A stretch of 64,000 bases of DNA, taken from assembly GCF_009914755.1 (NCBI RefSeq), contig NC_060930.1. One strand, 5' to 3'. The stretch's first letter is position 1. Each line of letters opens with the position of its first letter. The DNA comes from the human T2T-CHM13v2.0 reference genome, Homo sapiens. The translations under genes were made by a program, and so were the position numbers. Shown piece after piece: positions 27,573 through 39,805 of the stretch. A model generated the notes under the pieces. It had not been told where the DNA came from. It worked only from the letters and a program-made list of their open reading frames with translations, and searched no databases.

Positions 27573-30330
27573 CTTATTACAGGTTTTAATCCATCCTGTG
27601 AAGAATATCCTAGGCACAAAAATGGCTCCTTGTGTCATTTCCATCTACTACAATGTGGACTTAATATCAAACTCTTATAAGGGAATATCTAGCTTATTCT
27701 GAACATTTCATCTTATGACCTTAAGTATAGAAAGATATAAGTAATGCTTGGTGCCTAAATATTCAATTCCTTAAATGTCAGTCATCCTTATTTGTTATAG
27801 ATAGAAGAAACTATGAGTACTAACAATTCAAATGTCATTCGTGATTTATGAGTGGCCAATTTTATCTAATGGATTAGGATTATCTAGTCTTTCTCCATCT
27901 TTTAAGTAAAAAGAGAATTTTGATACTAAATTTTAGCCACTTGGGCAGTTAGTTTATTTTTTAGCAGAGCTAAACTCATGAATATTTTTGGAGCTATAAT
28001 AAAAAATAAAAACAGCTTCATTGAGAACAAAATGAACTTTCTGTAAATATAATTTAAACCTATGTTTTAAGGCTTTGTGTTTTAAAAACAGAGATGACAC
28101 TGTTAAAGTGAGACTGATAAAGGTGTACTTGGGGAATTCATCAGCATAAGAAATGTATTATCCCCTGGTAGTACGAGTTTAAAATTACAACTTGCTTAGC
28201 AAATGTGAAAAATAATGTCTCCTGTTGCAGATTGCATTTTGCTAGTTTATTTCTCTGTTAGTGTCAAATAAAATATTCATATATAATCAAGATATATTCA
28301 TAATAATATTAAAGGCAGCACTGTGTACTTGACAGTTGGTAAATGATGAAACAATTTTTTCCGTGATTATGTGTATAAAATACTCAAATTAATCTATAGA
28401 GCCATATAATCCCAAAATGTACAAGGTTACTATAGAGCTTACAATTTTACCACTTCCTGTACAGAAATATTATTTGACCAACGGTATTTTAGTTGCCTGC
28501 TGCATTTGGAATATAATAATACTAATAAGGAAAGACTGTTAAAAGAGAAAGGCTAGAAAGTGCAAACTTATTTAAATGAAATAATAAATAGGCCACATAA
28601 AGATTTTAGAACCCAATGAAGCAATATTACAAACAGATATAAAATTACAGTGAAAATTATATGTGAAATATGAGGCAAAACTTATTAGAACAAGTTTTTC
28701 TGTCAGGAAAAGTGATGCCATTTGAAGGAAGAATGGCACAGAATGGCAAAAACAAGAAGACACAGATATACCTTGTGGAGGGAGAGCTGACATGTTTGTC
28801 TGACTGGTTGGCAAATAATATGATTGATCTTCTGGTGTTACCTTTTAAGTTCATCATAAGAGGCTACTTAGCATAATAAAGAAACAGACATGGATTCAAA
28901 ATCTTTCTCACTCACGAGGATTATCACTCAGGCAGATTACTTTTCTGAACTCTGTTTATGAAGAAGAATGCCAATCTCATGGTGCAGTTATAAGGCTTAA
29001 AAGTGCTAATCTGTGTACAATGCTTGGCACATAATAGGCTCTACGCAAAAATTAGCGCTCTTTCCTTGGTAGATCACCCACGACACTGCTATCAGTGTCA
29101 AATCAGGAAATTTGTTAAGTCGTATTATCTCCACTTTAAGATCAAACACAATATATAGTCAAAAAGTTGAATGTACGATGCTTTGGGTTTTCGGCAGTTG
29201 TCTTCAAATATGTCCTAGTGCTCATGTGGTTTAAATAAGGATCAGAAATGATTCAGAGGTCCAGTAGGGCTGTTGGCCTGTGGTATTCCTAATGCCATTT
29301 ACTGTGCTAAATGGATGTGGCTACAGTAACCATTGATAAACATGAACAACAGAGGGTAAGTGCTGGACTAGGAGCTGACTCACAGAAAGCTAAAGGGCTT
29401 AAGCTTCAAAGACCTTCACCTGCACAGGCCCCTTCTTAGGCCTTGTATCTAATTTGTCTTTGTAAGTTGGATTATTTTGCTTAAAGAAGGATTCTCAAAT
29501 TAAACAATCTACAGGCCTTGCAAAACCTGGATCCACTGCTACTGGTCTGTCATGTAAAAGGAAAAAAATCACTATGACTAAAAAAGTTAGATAAGGCAAC
29601 CCATAGCAAGAAACATGAGTTTTGCTTTTCTTGCCCAAATCGTGATTTGTTGGTAACTCTTGACCCTAGGTGCTTATATGCCCTTGACCACACACTTGCC
29701 TATCTAGGCAAGCACTCTCTAGTCCAGCATCAGCCTAAGAATTGCCCATATGAAGAAGTAAGAAAGGGGACTGCCTGGCAGTCCAGGAACTTGCAGTTAA
29801 ATTACCCGGGTATTTGATTTCTGGCATTTTTAGGTGGGTAAAGGGGAATAAGTAGATGGGAAACAACTTTATATTGACCTGACTCCATATGTGCCAAAAC
29901 GAGTTTGGCACTGTGCATAGGTTATCACATTTTACACTGGTTGGTAGGGAATATTATCTAACTTGACACTTGGGAGAGGTAAAGTAACTTCTTTTTAAAC
30001 AGCTAGTGGAGCTAGAATTCAAACACAGGGCTCTGTGAAGTCAAAGCTCATGTTCTTTCCAACCTCTCTGTAAGGCTGAACCTTACCTGCCAAGTGTCAG
30101 TCACCCACTGGAAAGGAATGGACATTTCACCTCCCAGTTCACCTAACGATTTTGAATACATAAAGTCCTGCCAGCCAATTGACAAACTTTTCTTTCTTGG
30201 TCCCTTCATTTCCCCATGTATGAAGTGCCCGCCTGTAATATGCTGTGTTCCACTTAATTATTACTTCTTCAAAATGATCACAGTCACCAAGAAACTCTCC
30301 AGTTAGGTAGGTCGGTAGACAGAAGATAGG

Positions 30331-30386
<56 letters not shown>
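30331..30386. repeat. (TAGA)14 tetranucleotide STR
   Basis: 14 uninterrupted TAGA units flanked by TAGG variants. Confidence 0.97.
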
Positions 30387-30389
<3 letters not shown>

Positions 30390-31086
30390 GGATGGGAGGA
30401 AGGGGGAGAGAGAGGTGTTATCTTTTAAGTGACATTTTTGTGATTACTATGATTAATGGCCGTTATTAGTTCACAAGCAGCCTCATGAGTTCTTTTGAAA
30501 TTCATATTGTTCCATTAAATTGCAGTTTTATATTTTAGTTATTTAATCCCTAAAACTGAAATACTGCACATAATTTGGAGTTAGGAACTTCAAAAACTTT
30601 TTATTCCTAAAAGCTATACAACAAGGTTTTATTTTAAAGTAAAGAAAAATTTTCATCTCTCAACCTTTTCATTTCTCCTTTCACAGAACTCTTCTCTTTT
30701 TCCTGGATGATTTTATCCCACCTCCATAATCATTGACCAGTTTTTTTAATGCAGTTATAACTACACTACTTCAGACATTCAAATAAATACACTGTATTAG
30801 GGGAAGGAAAGGATAATTTTAAAGGAAATATGCAGAGTTTTAGCTTATGGCTAAGACTTGACTGACAAGAGTCAAACAACTACTGAAGGATTTGACACAC
30901 TTGTTAATTGTAAAACTCCCAATTGCTTTAAAACATTCACTGACACTCTAGTCCCGAAACAACACAATGAATAGAAGCCTCCACTAGTCAAAATGGTATC
31001 AGGAGCATTTTCAATAAAATTTCTAAGCAAAGAACTCACATGTGAATGAATAAAGATGTGACTTGAGCAAGTACCTACTCCAAGTG

Positions 31087-31292
31087 CAAGCTTGTCCAAC
31101 CTGTGGGCCACTTGCTGCCCAGGACAGCTTTGAATGCAGCCCAACACTAATTTGTAAACTTTCTTAAAACATTATGAGATGGTTTTTGCAATTTTTTTTA
31201 GCTCATCAGCTATCATTAGTGTTAGTGTGTTTTATGTGTGGCCCAAGACAATTCTTCTTCTTCTAGTGTGGACAAAAGATTGGACACCCCTG
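31087..31292 (-). mobile_element. MER30 hAT-Charlie MITE
   Basis: Termini CAAGCTTGTCCAACC and AAAAGATTGGACACCCCTG; internal TGTGGCCCAAGACAATTCTTCTTCTT. Confidence 0.85.
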
Positions 31293-31355
31293 CCGTAGTG
31301 AAGTAGTAGACTATTTTTAGGAGGTCTCATTTTAGTAACAGGAGAACTGGGCAAT

Positions 31356-31713
31356 TGTATTAGTCCATTATCATGCTGCTATGAAGAAATACCTGAGACT
31401 GGGTAATTTATAAAGAAAAGAGGTTTAATTGACTCATGGTTCCGCATGCCTGGGGAGGCCTCAGGAAACTTACAATCATGGCAGAAGGCACATCTTCACA
31501 GGGCAGCAGGAGAGAGAATGAATGCAAGCAGGGGAAATGCCAGACGCTTACAAAACTATCAGAACTTCTGAGACTCACTCATTATCACAAGGGCAGCATG
31601 AAGGAAACTGCCCCCATGATCCAATTCCCTCCACTTGACCCTGCCCTTGACACGTGGGGATTGTTACAATTCAAGGTGATATTTAGGTGGGAATACAGAG
31701 CCAAACCATATCA
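31356..31713 (-). mobile_element. THE1-family (MaLR) solo LTR
   Basis: TG...CA termini; GAAATACCTGAGACTGGGTAATTTATAAAGAAAAGAGGTTTAATTGACTCA; perfect 5-bp TSD GCAAT at 31351-31355 and 31714-31718. Confidence 0.93.
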
Positions 31714-32693
31714 GCAATGTAACCAAAATATTATGTATTTTGATTAAATAATGTTAAGTTAAACTATGTTGTCTTTTATGATTATTCATGCAACAAAGTA
31801 TGCACAGATAAAGATGGCTCTAATTTCTATACAATATCTTTCCATGAGGATTCTGAGTTGAGTTTCCAATTTTATCGCAAAGAATAAAGTCTTGATTATA
31901 ACATGGTCTCACTGCTTGAGGCGGTGACTACCACACTGTATGTTATATATGGTGTATGTATATATACCATACCACCACTGTATGGTATATATGGTATACA
32001 TATATATGTATATATGGTGAACTACCCAAAAATGAAATCCTTGTTACATGATGGGTGAAGCTGTGTTTACATGTAACTTGACTGCAACAATAGAGGAAGG
32101 TGCTTAGTTGCACAGATGGTATTGTACAAACAGTTCTACAAACAACACATTTACAAATAATATTAGAGCTGAAAACTAAAAAGGTATTGCAAATACATTT
32201 ATATCTGCTATAATTTCCTTCAACAAAGAGACCTCTGCTTTTTGGTATTTATTCACAAAAACTTTTATGTAATCCTTTCTTTTAAGGAATACTGTTTATC
32301 TCTGCTTATTCCCCCAAGTTGGCTCATTCTTGCTGATCATAGCATAAACAAAATATACTTTCAAAGCATTTTAAATTGCCTCCTAACCGTTGAATTAGGT
32401 GTATGTCTGGAAAGATAAATGTGTCTTCCTTGGAATGTGTTTGCTTTTATGTTGGTCAAGATAAGCCAACAGCTTGAGTACCTGAAATATTATCAAGCTT
32501 TGCACACATGAAAGTATTTGGTAAAAGGATAATCTTGGAGGGTATGATTATAAGCAAATTCACAGCCTCAGGAGTGCTGTGAGAGACTTTTATTTTGGTG
32601 AAACTGGTAAGTGTTGTTTCATAAAATTTGCGATTTTGCTTTTTAAAAACTCAGCTAACTCTTTCCTTCTCCTTCCCTCTCTTGCTGATACAG

Positions 32694-32895
32694 ATCCACA
32701 TCCAGCGAACTGAAGGATGTGACCATATGACCTGCTCACAATGTAACACTAATTTTTGTTACCGATGTGGTGAGAGATACCGCCAGCTCCGATTTTTTGG
32801 AGACCACACATCAAACCTCAGTATATTTGGATGCAAATATCGCTACCTCCCAGAGAGACCTCATTTAAGGAGATTAGTGCGAGGGTCAGTCTGTG
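32694..32895 (+). CDS. RNF217: RNF217 coding exon (RING2/Rcat): IHIQRTEGCDHMTCSQCNTNFCYRC...LVRGSVC
   Basis: Branch-like CTAAC, long pyrimidine tract and CAG ending 32693; G|GTGAGT donor at 32896; 202 nt. The GCxHM motif carries the RBR catalytic Cys (TGT 32718-32720). Confidence 0.96.
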
Positions 32896-34429
32896 GTGAG
32901 TGTCTGACATACTTATGGGTGTCTTCCCTGGGAATTAAGTAGTGAAAATAGAACTTGGAAATGTGCAGCCATGGTAATTCAGAGCACCTGCCATGTGCCC
33001 AGTGTTCAGAGGAGGATATTCTCTCACCCTTTAAGAATAAAATTTAAAACTTAAATTTTGTTACCAGGACACTACTTATATGAGCAAGTAGTAATTTTGT
33101 TTGAAAAAGCAGCTTATTAATCACACGCAGAAATCTGAAGTTATTTGCCTCTTAAATTTCTGAAACCCTGTCGTAAGCCACTTAACAAGAGGGGCAGTGT
33201 CATGTATATTTTTGTAATGGACAATATCCAGCAGCAGGTCGTACACATATCCTCCACTCATTCATGGAGGACCTGCAATACAGTACAGCATGGAGCGTAG
33301 CCTAGGAAGGCAGGGGAAAAAATCTACCTTTTAGAGCCCTGTAATAGAGTTCCATTATGTCTATATAAGTGATAAGTTGCATATATTTTTCATTGTTTTA
33401 ATTATTAATAGGTAACAGTTAATATAATAAGTATCAAATGCCCTCAGTGCATACAAACCCAAGTTTAATTATCCAAGTGAAAATGCTTTTGTGGATTGAC
33501 TTTTTACCCCCTCTTCCTCAACAACACATAGTAGCCTCATACACAACCCCTTCCCACACTGGTACACAAGTATGCAAATAGAAACACAGACACCTGCCCA
33601 TAAACAAATCACCCTGGCCAAATGCCACTGCCTTTGGGTAATGCAGGGTTCTTCGGCGGAATATTTCTTCTTCTGCTCCTCTGGAATGTATTCCATTCCC
33701 TGCTGCTCTGGAATGTAACCATGTGAGATTTCTTCCCCTTTTTCATCACATGGATGTCTGTTAGAATTCCTTTTCTGGCCGTGTTTCTCATGTGTAGGCA
33801 ATACTTTTTATCATCTTCCACATTTCCGTTTTCCTTCCTACTTTTGCCTAGTTGCTTTATGAAAATCTTTATATCTCTCCTTAGCCCTTGGTCACTTCAT
33901 GACTGTTGTGAACCATTTTCCTCCTTAGAAGCATATGATACCTGATCAGAACAAAGCTGATGTTAGTGATAGATTTCTATCAGGTAAAAGATAGAACATG
34001 TATACGCAAATGCACTTTCACATATGGAAACCAATGCCGTCATTTTCTAAAATCTATGTGATCTCTATAAAAATATTCTTCCTGAGGTTAATGGAACATA
34101 ATTTTCCACAGCCAATAGCATTCAATAGTCAAGACTGCTTTTAATGATTTTCCAGTGCGTGCCGCTTCTTAATTTGCAAATATGGTGGATGTTATAATTA
34201 TATAACCAATATGTATGTATTAGTTAAACAGATATTGGAGGGATAACTAGGGAATCTAACCTTAACCTCTAATACCATGAGAAAATCAATTGCAAATTAA
34301 GTTCTGAGATAGAAGCTGTTTGCAAATCTGTATATGGAGAGAGCAACATGAAAACACAAAATCACTGTATTTTTTGCATTGTTATTTTATTTTCTACTTC
34401 AGTGCCACCTTTAATTTGGTCGTGGCAGT

Positions 34430-34725
34430 GTGTTTCCGTCCATTCTTTATTTTAAATAGAGAAGTCATTTATTTGGCTCATGGTTCTGGAGGCTGAGCAG
34501 TCCAAGATGTAGTGGCTGCATCTGGTGAGGGCCTTTGTGCTGCACCATAGCATGGCAGAAGGGCCAGCAAGCCCACGAGACAGAGAAAATGGGAGCCAAA
34601 CTTACCCTTTTGTCAGGAACCCACTCCCTTGATAACTAACACGCTCCTATGATAGTGGTATTAATCCAGTCATAAGGGCTCTGCTCTCAAGATCTAATCA
34701 CCTCTTAAAGGCCCAACCTCCCAAC
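34430..34725 (-). mobile_element. MST/MLT1A-like MaLR LTR fragment
   Basis: TTTATTTGGCTCATGGTTCTGGAGGCTG...GCATCTGGTGAGGGCCT...TAATCACCTCTTAAAGGCCC. Confidence 0.75.
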
Positions 34726-35509
34726 CTCCTTTTTGGCCTGTCTTTTGTGTGTGCAGGCGCATGTGTGCAAATAAAATCACATCAGGTTAAGCTTGTCAAA
34801 GTAGGGAGCAGCTGGCTTTAAGATAAACTCTCTCATCCACACATATTTTCCCCACCCCAAGCACAGCTGCCTCTTAACTGCTGTTGGACCATAACTCCAA
34901 GTGAAGTGGTCCTCCCTCCCCCATCTCCACAAATAGCAGGAAAAGTAATGTTGTAATTTACAAAGTTACTTACTCCCTGCCATTTCAGAGAGAAGATGGA
35001 GTATAGGAAAGCCCTCCCACCCACTGTCCTTGTGTGATGTGACACAACTTGCTCCCTCAGTCTTGGAATACAGCCTCATGTGGTCCTTGGCCAGAGGCAG
35101 AGAAAGGGCCTTCATCTCTCTCACAGCTGAAGGGTGGGAAACATGGTCTTCATTCCGTGTAACCACGTGCTCAGCTAGAGATCAGAGGTTCTGCTCATAA
35201 ATTATAAAGGAGAAGAGAGATTTGGGGATGATTAGCAGCCTCTGACATAGGGGCATCTCCCCCAGTGAGGCGTGGGCAGATTATTAAAGGAATGGTACTG
35301 GGAATAAAAGTGGCTGAGGATAAATTTTAAATTCTCATATTACTTCTTACAAAAATTCTAAGTTTTAAATCAAGTCGTATAATTTTTAAGAATAGGTCTT
35401 CAATTGATTTCTAGATGGCAAATAATTTATATAAACAAAAACAATGGAGCCTTCTCCAAAAATGAATACTCAATTAAAAAAAAAAAAAAAGACAAGCCTG
35501 GAGCCAGAA

Positions 35510-35950
35510 TTGAAGAAATACAAATAGCCAATACATATGTTCAAAAATATTCAGTGTTACTAGCTGTCAGAGAAATGTAAATTGGCAGTCTCAAAATGAG
35601 ATACTTTGAGTATTATTAACTTGATAAGACATCTGCTAACTATTGATTAGCAAATGTTTTATCAAGTTAATACTTAATATTGGACTTTCATACTTAATGA
35701 ATTGAAATTTTGTACAATTCTTTTGCAAAGAAATTTGATACTAATGTGAAGGCCATTTTAAAACATGATAAATCTAGATAAACTGAAAATGGGTTATGTG
35801 CAAGTATAATTTAAAATAGGGAAAAGAAACAAAAAATTAAGTATAGGAATATTTAAATAAAATACGATATATGGATATGATAGCAATTAAAAATGATGTT
35901 TTAGAGCAATGTTACTAACCTAGGAATAAGAGATAGTATGCCTAGTCCCT
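35510..35950 (+). mobile_element. Old L1M fragment
   Basis: GAAATACAAATAGCCAATA...AGAGAAATGTAAATT...AAAATGAGATAC resembles the L1 ORF2 3' end; highly diverged. Confidence 0.45.
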
Positions 35951-37472
35951 TAAAACAGTTTCAAAAGTAGATGTAAACATGTTTTGAACATGGATTACAT
36001 AATTGGAATAAGTTTATTTCCTATCTCGTTCCTTCAATTCTGTGATATTTGAGAGGAAAAAGAAAATCAATGCTGTTACTTTTTAGTTATGTTTTATTAC
36101 TATTAGGAAAATATACTGATAATTATTTAAAAAGGAAATATGAATGAACAGACTGAGCTATGTGCATAGGAGAAAAACACATTCTTTTAAAATATATGTG
36201 CTTATATATTCTAAACTCTTAAGCATCACTTTAAGAGTGTACTAAACGTAATTATTCAATGGGACTTATTACTTACTTGGATTCTGTCATTGGCAAAAAA
36301 TATAAATAAAACCCATATCTAGACATGGTGCTAATGGAATGGAGATCTTTTTAAATTAGATATTTAAAACAGTGTTGTATACATGTCTGGTCATCTGGTT
36401 CCAAAGATCATTTCTTAAGAATAAAAAAGTTAGTATGTTTTGACAAACTTCCAACAAATGGCTGTATTAGTTTCTTTTTTAGTGTAATTGATTATTCTAA
36501 ATTACTGTCCTTTAATTTATAGAATGATATTGCTGTTTCATCCTTAAATTGCCTTGTGAGTCTACTGCAAAGTTTCTCTCTTTCTCATCTCTTATTGCAT
36601 TTGAGTTGTGCGGCCCTGAAGCTGTGTCACATGCCGTAAGGTTTAAAATACAATAACAACATGTATTTACTAACCTCTTTTTTGTGCCTGTGTCTTTCAA
36701 AGTCAGTGGGATTCTGATGTTGGACTCTGCTATGTATACTTATGGCTAGAGTTTATCATCACTGCTTAGTGATTCATTTAGAAAAGAAAATGCTGGCTGA
36801 TACCACTTGACATCCTTACCAGCACTTTGCCTTTTTATTTTATAAGTGCTTCCTTTTTCAATTCGTTAAAATGATTCACTTGAGTAACTTTCAACGTACT
36901 AGGTATTTATTCATAGTTTTCTCTAACATCTTGAAACGTCCCATTTTTAGTTCAGTCTGTTAGGCGTTCATATTATTAGTTTTCTTTGGACCCAGGATGT
37001 AAATAAACCACTTCTTTAGATGTGGGCTTGGACAGAAGCCCTCTGTAGGACCTACCAGCTCTCCATGTTATGAGGTAACAAGATTTTCTCCTACCAACTC
37101 AAAATGTGCCACTTCTTTCTTAATCTTTTAGCATTGCGAACATTGAAAATGGAAAGGATCTTAAGGAAAAGCACAAAGATGAACTGTCCTGGTAGAATAC
37201 AGTAAGCCAGTTGCTTTGGAATGTTTTTGGTTAGAAAGGATAAGTGATTTATGTTTGATGCATGTGCTCAGGACTTTGGTGAAGTTACTAAACTTACATG
37301 TGTATATCTGTTCTATACCTAATCCTGATACATTTCTTAGATATATACAGCCTTAAGTGTAATCAGACTACTTAAAAAATAATATACACTGTGGTATTTA
37401 AAAAGCATCACTGTAATTATTTGGTAGGTTAGTTTTAAGACTCCTTAAATAATTTTGCCTTTTGTTTTCCAG

Positions 37473-37544
37473 CTGGAAAATTATTCATTGCACCTCTAAT
37501 TATGGTTTTGGGATTGGCACTAGGGGCCATAGCGGTTGTAATCG
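37473..37544 (+). CDS. RNF217: RNF217 coding exon (transmembrane segment): (A)GKLFIAPLIMVLGLALGAIAVVI(G)
   Basis: TTTTGTTTTCCAG acceptor; ATCG|GTAAGA donor at 37545; 72 nt, phase 1-1; hydrophobic with a GxxxG motif (GLALG). Confidence 0.93.
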
Positions 37545-38076
37545 GTAAGAAACACTTCATGCATCTGAGATTAGAATTATCTGAGGGCCATAGAGAGAAT
37601 ATGAGTGTAAATGTAATAATATGAATCAGTTATTAAGTGGACATAATTTATGTTGTATGCCTGCTTTAGATAGATTACCAGCATATCATTTAAAAGGTCA
37701 GAGGAGCGTGTTTCCTGTAGGATATGTTAGTATGAATTTTTCAGTCTATGAACACTGTGATTCATGTATCTTATAAAGCATTATTAACCCTTTTATAACA
37801 CAAAGCTAATAGAATTAGTATCCTTAGGGAAAAAGGCAAGTGGAATAGAACCCAAATTTTCTAATTCTGAGTTCAGGTTGAAGCATCAAGGAAAAGAAGC
37901 TCTGCACCTTATGTGTTTCATTTGGTCCAGTAAAAGATGCCATAGGTACAAACAGATAATGTCAGTGTGTACAGGAACATATACCCAACATACACTTGAG
38001 CACTGACAAATAGAAAACCTTGCAGTGATTTGCATAGTTTTATTTATGCAAGTATATTAAAATGTGTATTTTAAAG

Positions 38077-38260
38077 CAGTGGTTCTCAGACTCTAGCATG
38101 CTTTAGAATATCCTCAAGGGCTGGATAAAACACACATTGCTGGTTTCGGTCTGCAGTTTCTGACTCGGTGTATGGGAAAAGTCCATTGATTTTTATTTTT
38201 AAAAAGTTCCCAGGTGATGCTCATGCAGCTGGTTCAGGGACCATACTTTGAGAACTATTG
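38077..38260. mobile_element. MER5A-like DNA transposon
   Basis: Inverted termini CAGTGGTTCTCA...TGAGAACTATTG; internal AAGTTCCCAGGTGATGCT. Confidence 0.75.
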
Positions 38261-38444
38261 CTTTAGTAATTTTAAGCTAAATGCCATAGATAAAGGCTGC
38301 TTTGATCATTGTTCCATATATTAGATGGGGTTTTTTTGCTAAATAAAATGATTTTCGTATGTCAACTTGGGTTTAGCAAGTAATAAATGTGCAGGACAGA
38401 TAGAATTATAAAGTATCTGACATTTAAGTTCTTGCAATGTGAGT

Positions 38445-38591
38445 TAGGACATTATGTAATAGATATTATTATCTGTATTATACAGTTGAGGAAATTAAGA
38501 CTTACTGGAACCTCATAAGTGGTAGAACCAGGAATCAAACCCAACATTTGGCTCCACAGCCTGTGTTGTTAAGTGATATGCTATACTGCCT
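38445..38591 (-). mobile_element. MIR SINE (antisense), host of the candidate cassette exon
   Basis: TATTATTATC..TATACAGTTGAGGAAATTAAGAC...TAAGTGGTAGAACCAGGAATCAAACCCA...TGGCTCCACAGCCTGTG...TATGCTATACTGCCT tracks the reverse complement of the MIR consensus, with an internal deletion. Confidence 0.8.
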
Positions 38592-38600
38592 GAAACAAGT
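38486..38600 (+). CDS. RNF217: Candidate alternative cassette exon derived from an antisense MIR: (V)EEIKTYWNLISGRTRNQTQHLAPQPVLLSDMLYCLKQ(V)
   Basis: TATACAG acceptor ending 38485; AAGT|GTGAGT donor at 38601; 115 nt, open in the phase-1 frame; shifts the last exon into frame FICISYLLPL* (TAA 38932-38934). Confidence 0.7.
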
Positions 38601-38900
38601 GTGAGTATCATAGTGTGCAAATGATATGACTGTGGACAATAAAGAAGATTTAAACCAAAGTTTTGATATTTGGATAGAAATCATTATTATTAAACTGGTA
38701 TCACTGAGGGTGCTAAAGGGGAGAAAAGCTAAAGGGAAATATTAAAGAATGAAATATTGAAGAAGTAAATACATTTCATAGCATAGATGTCTTCTTCTTT
38801 GTATGTTCGTACACTGCAAATAAATAAACATAGACATTTTAAAATAGGAAAACCTAAATGCCTCTCATCCTAACTAACTTTAATTTTTTCTTATCCCTAG

Positions 38901-38974
38901 GTTTATTTGTATTTCCTATCTATTGCCTTTGTAAAAAACAGAGAAAACGATCACGGACAGGTATGCACTGGTAA
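38901..38974 (+). CDS. RNF217: RNF217 terminal coding exon part: (G)LFVFPIYCLCKKQRKRSRTGMHW*
   Basis: Tandem CTAAC branch motifs at 38870-38878; TTTTTTCTTATCCCTAG acceptor; stop TAA at 38972-38974; completes the TM helix and basic tail. Confidence 0.93.
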
Positions 38975-39726
38975 CATGCAGATGATTTCATCCAGCTAAG
39001 CTGGTTGGAGTAGGAGCGATACCAAAGGGTACACCCATCTGTGAGTCACATCTTGAAAAACACTGAGAGGAACCTTCTACCATCTCATCTCCCAGTGATT
39101 CTCCGTGGGCCACAATGCCTCTAGCTATGGTGCACTCCCAACATGGTATCCTGTCCTTTCCCTAAACAAATTGCTGCTGCTTTTAAAAAATGGTCACTTT
39201 CATAAACTATAAACATCTATATCATAACTCTGACCTTTGTGGTTCTTGGAAGAAGATATTTTAAGAACCAGTTATCCTAAGAATTCTGAGCACGCCTCTT
39301 CTGAGAATTGCTTGGACTGTCTTTGAACTCTGCACCTCCTTCCAGGCCATCTTGTGAGACTTGGTGTTAATAGCTGAAGTCCTATCTGTACCAACAAGCA
39401 AGGCCACTTTTCAGAAGATAAGAGTTCACTGAATGCACCTATTATAATCTGTGGCCCCAGCAGTATAATTCTTTTATCTTTCAAATGTTATAATTGCAAA
39501 AAATCTCAATGTCCAAAAGGGAATGAGTGAAACTAAATTAATGAGAAGAATATTAAGTTACTGAAGTGTATATGCGTAGGGGCGTGAATGTGTGTGTATA
39601 TAAATATGTATTAAAACTAGGCCCAGTAACCTTGTACTTACCCAGTTCCATGCCGCTACACTATTTTTCCACATTTTCATAGACCTATTGAAAGATGATG
39701 GCTCCTTTGTGGACATAATTTAGCAA

Positions 39727-39805
39727 TGTATTAAATTAAAGTCAATGTAGACAACAGGCCATTTCGATACTGAACTTTTCTATTTCTTGCTCTTTCTTTT
39801 TGTCA
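39727..39805 (+). terminator. Candidate proximal polyadenylation site
   Basis: TGTA (39727) directly before overlapping ATTAAA hexamers (39730-39735, 39735-39740); U-rich element at 39777-39805. Confidence 0.5.

Noticed and set aside
33673-33717. 18-nt direct repeat (period 27) giving the YIPEQQ/YIPEEQ peptide repeat
   Set aside because: Only two copies in an intron, with no coding or array context; not CRISPR-like.
38958-38966. CAG|GTATGC donor-like site inside the last coding exon
   Set aside because: No downstream coding exon could be identified; the sequence is explained by the T-G-M codons.
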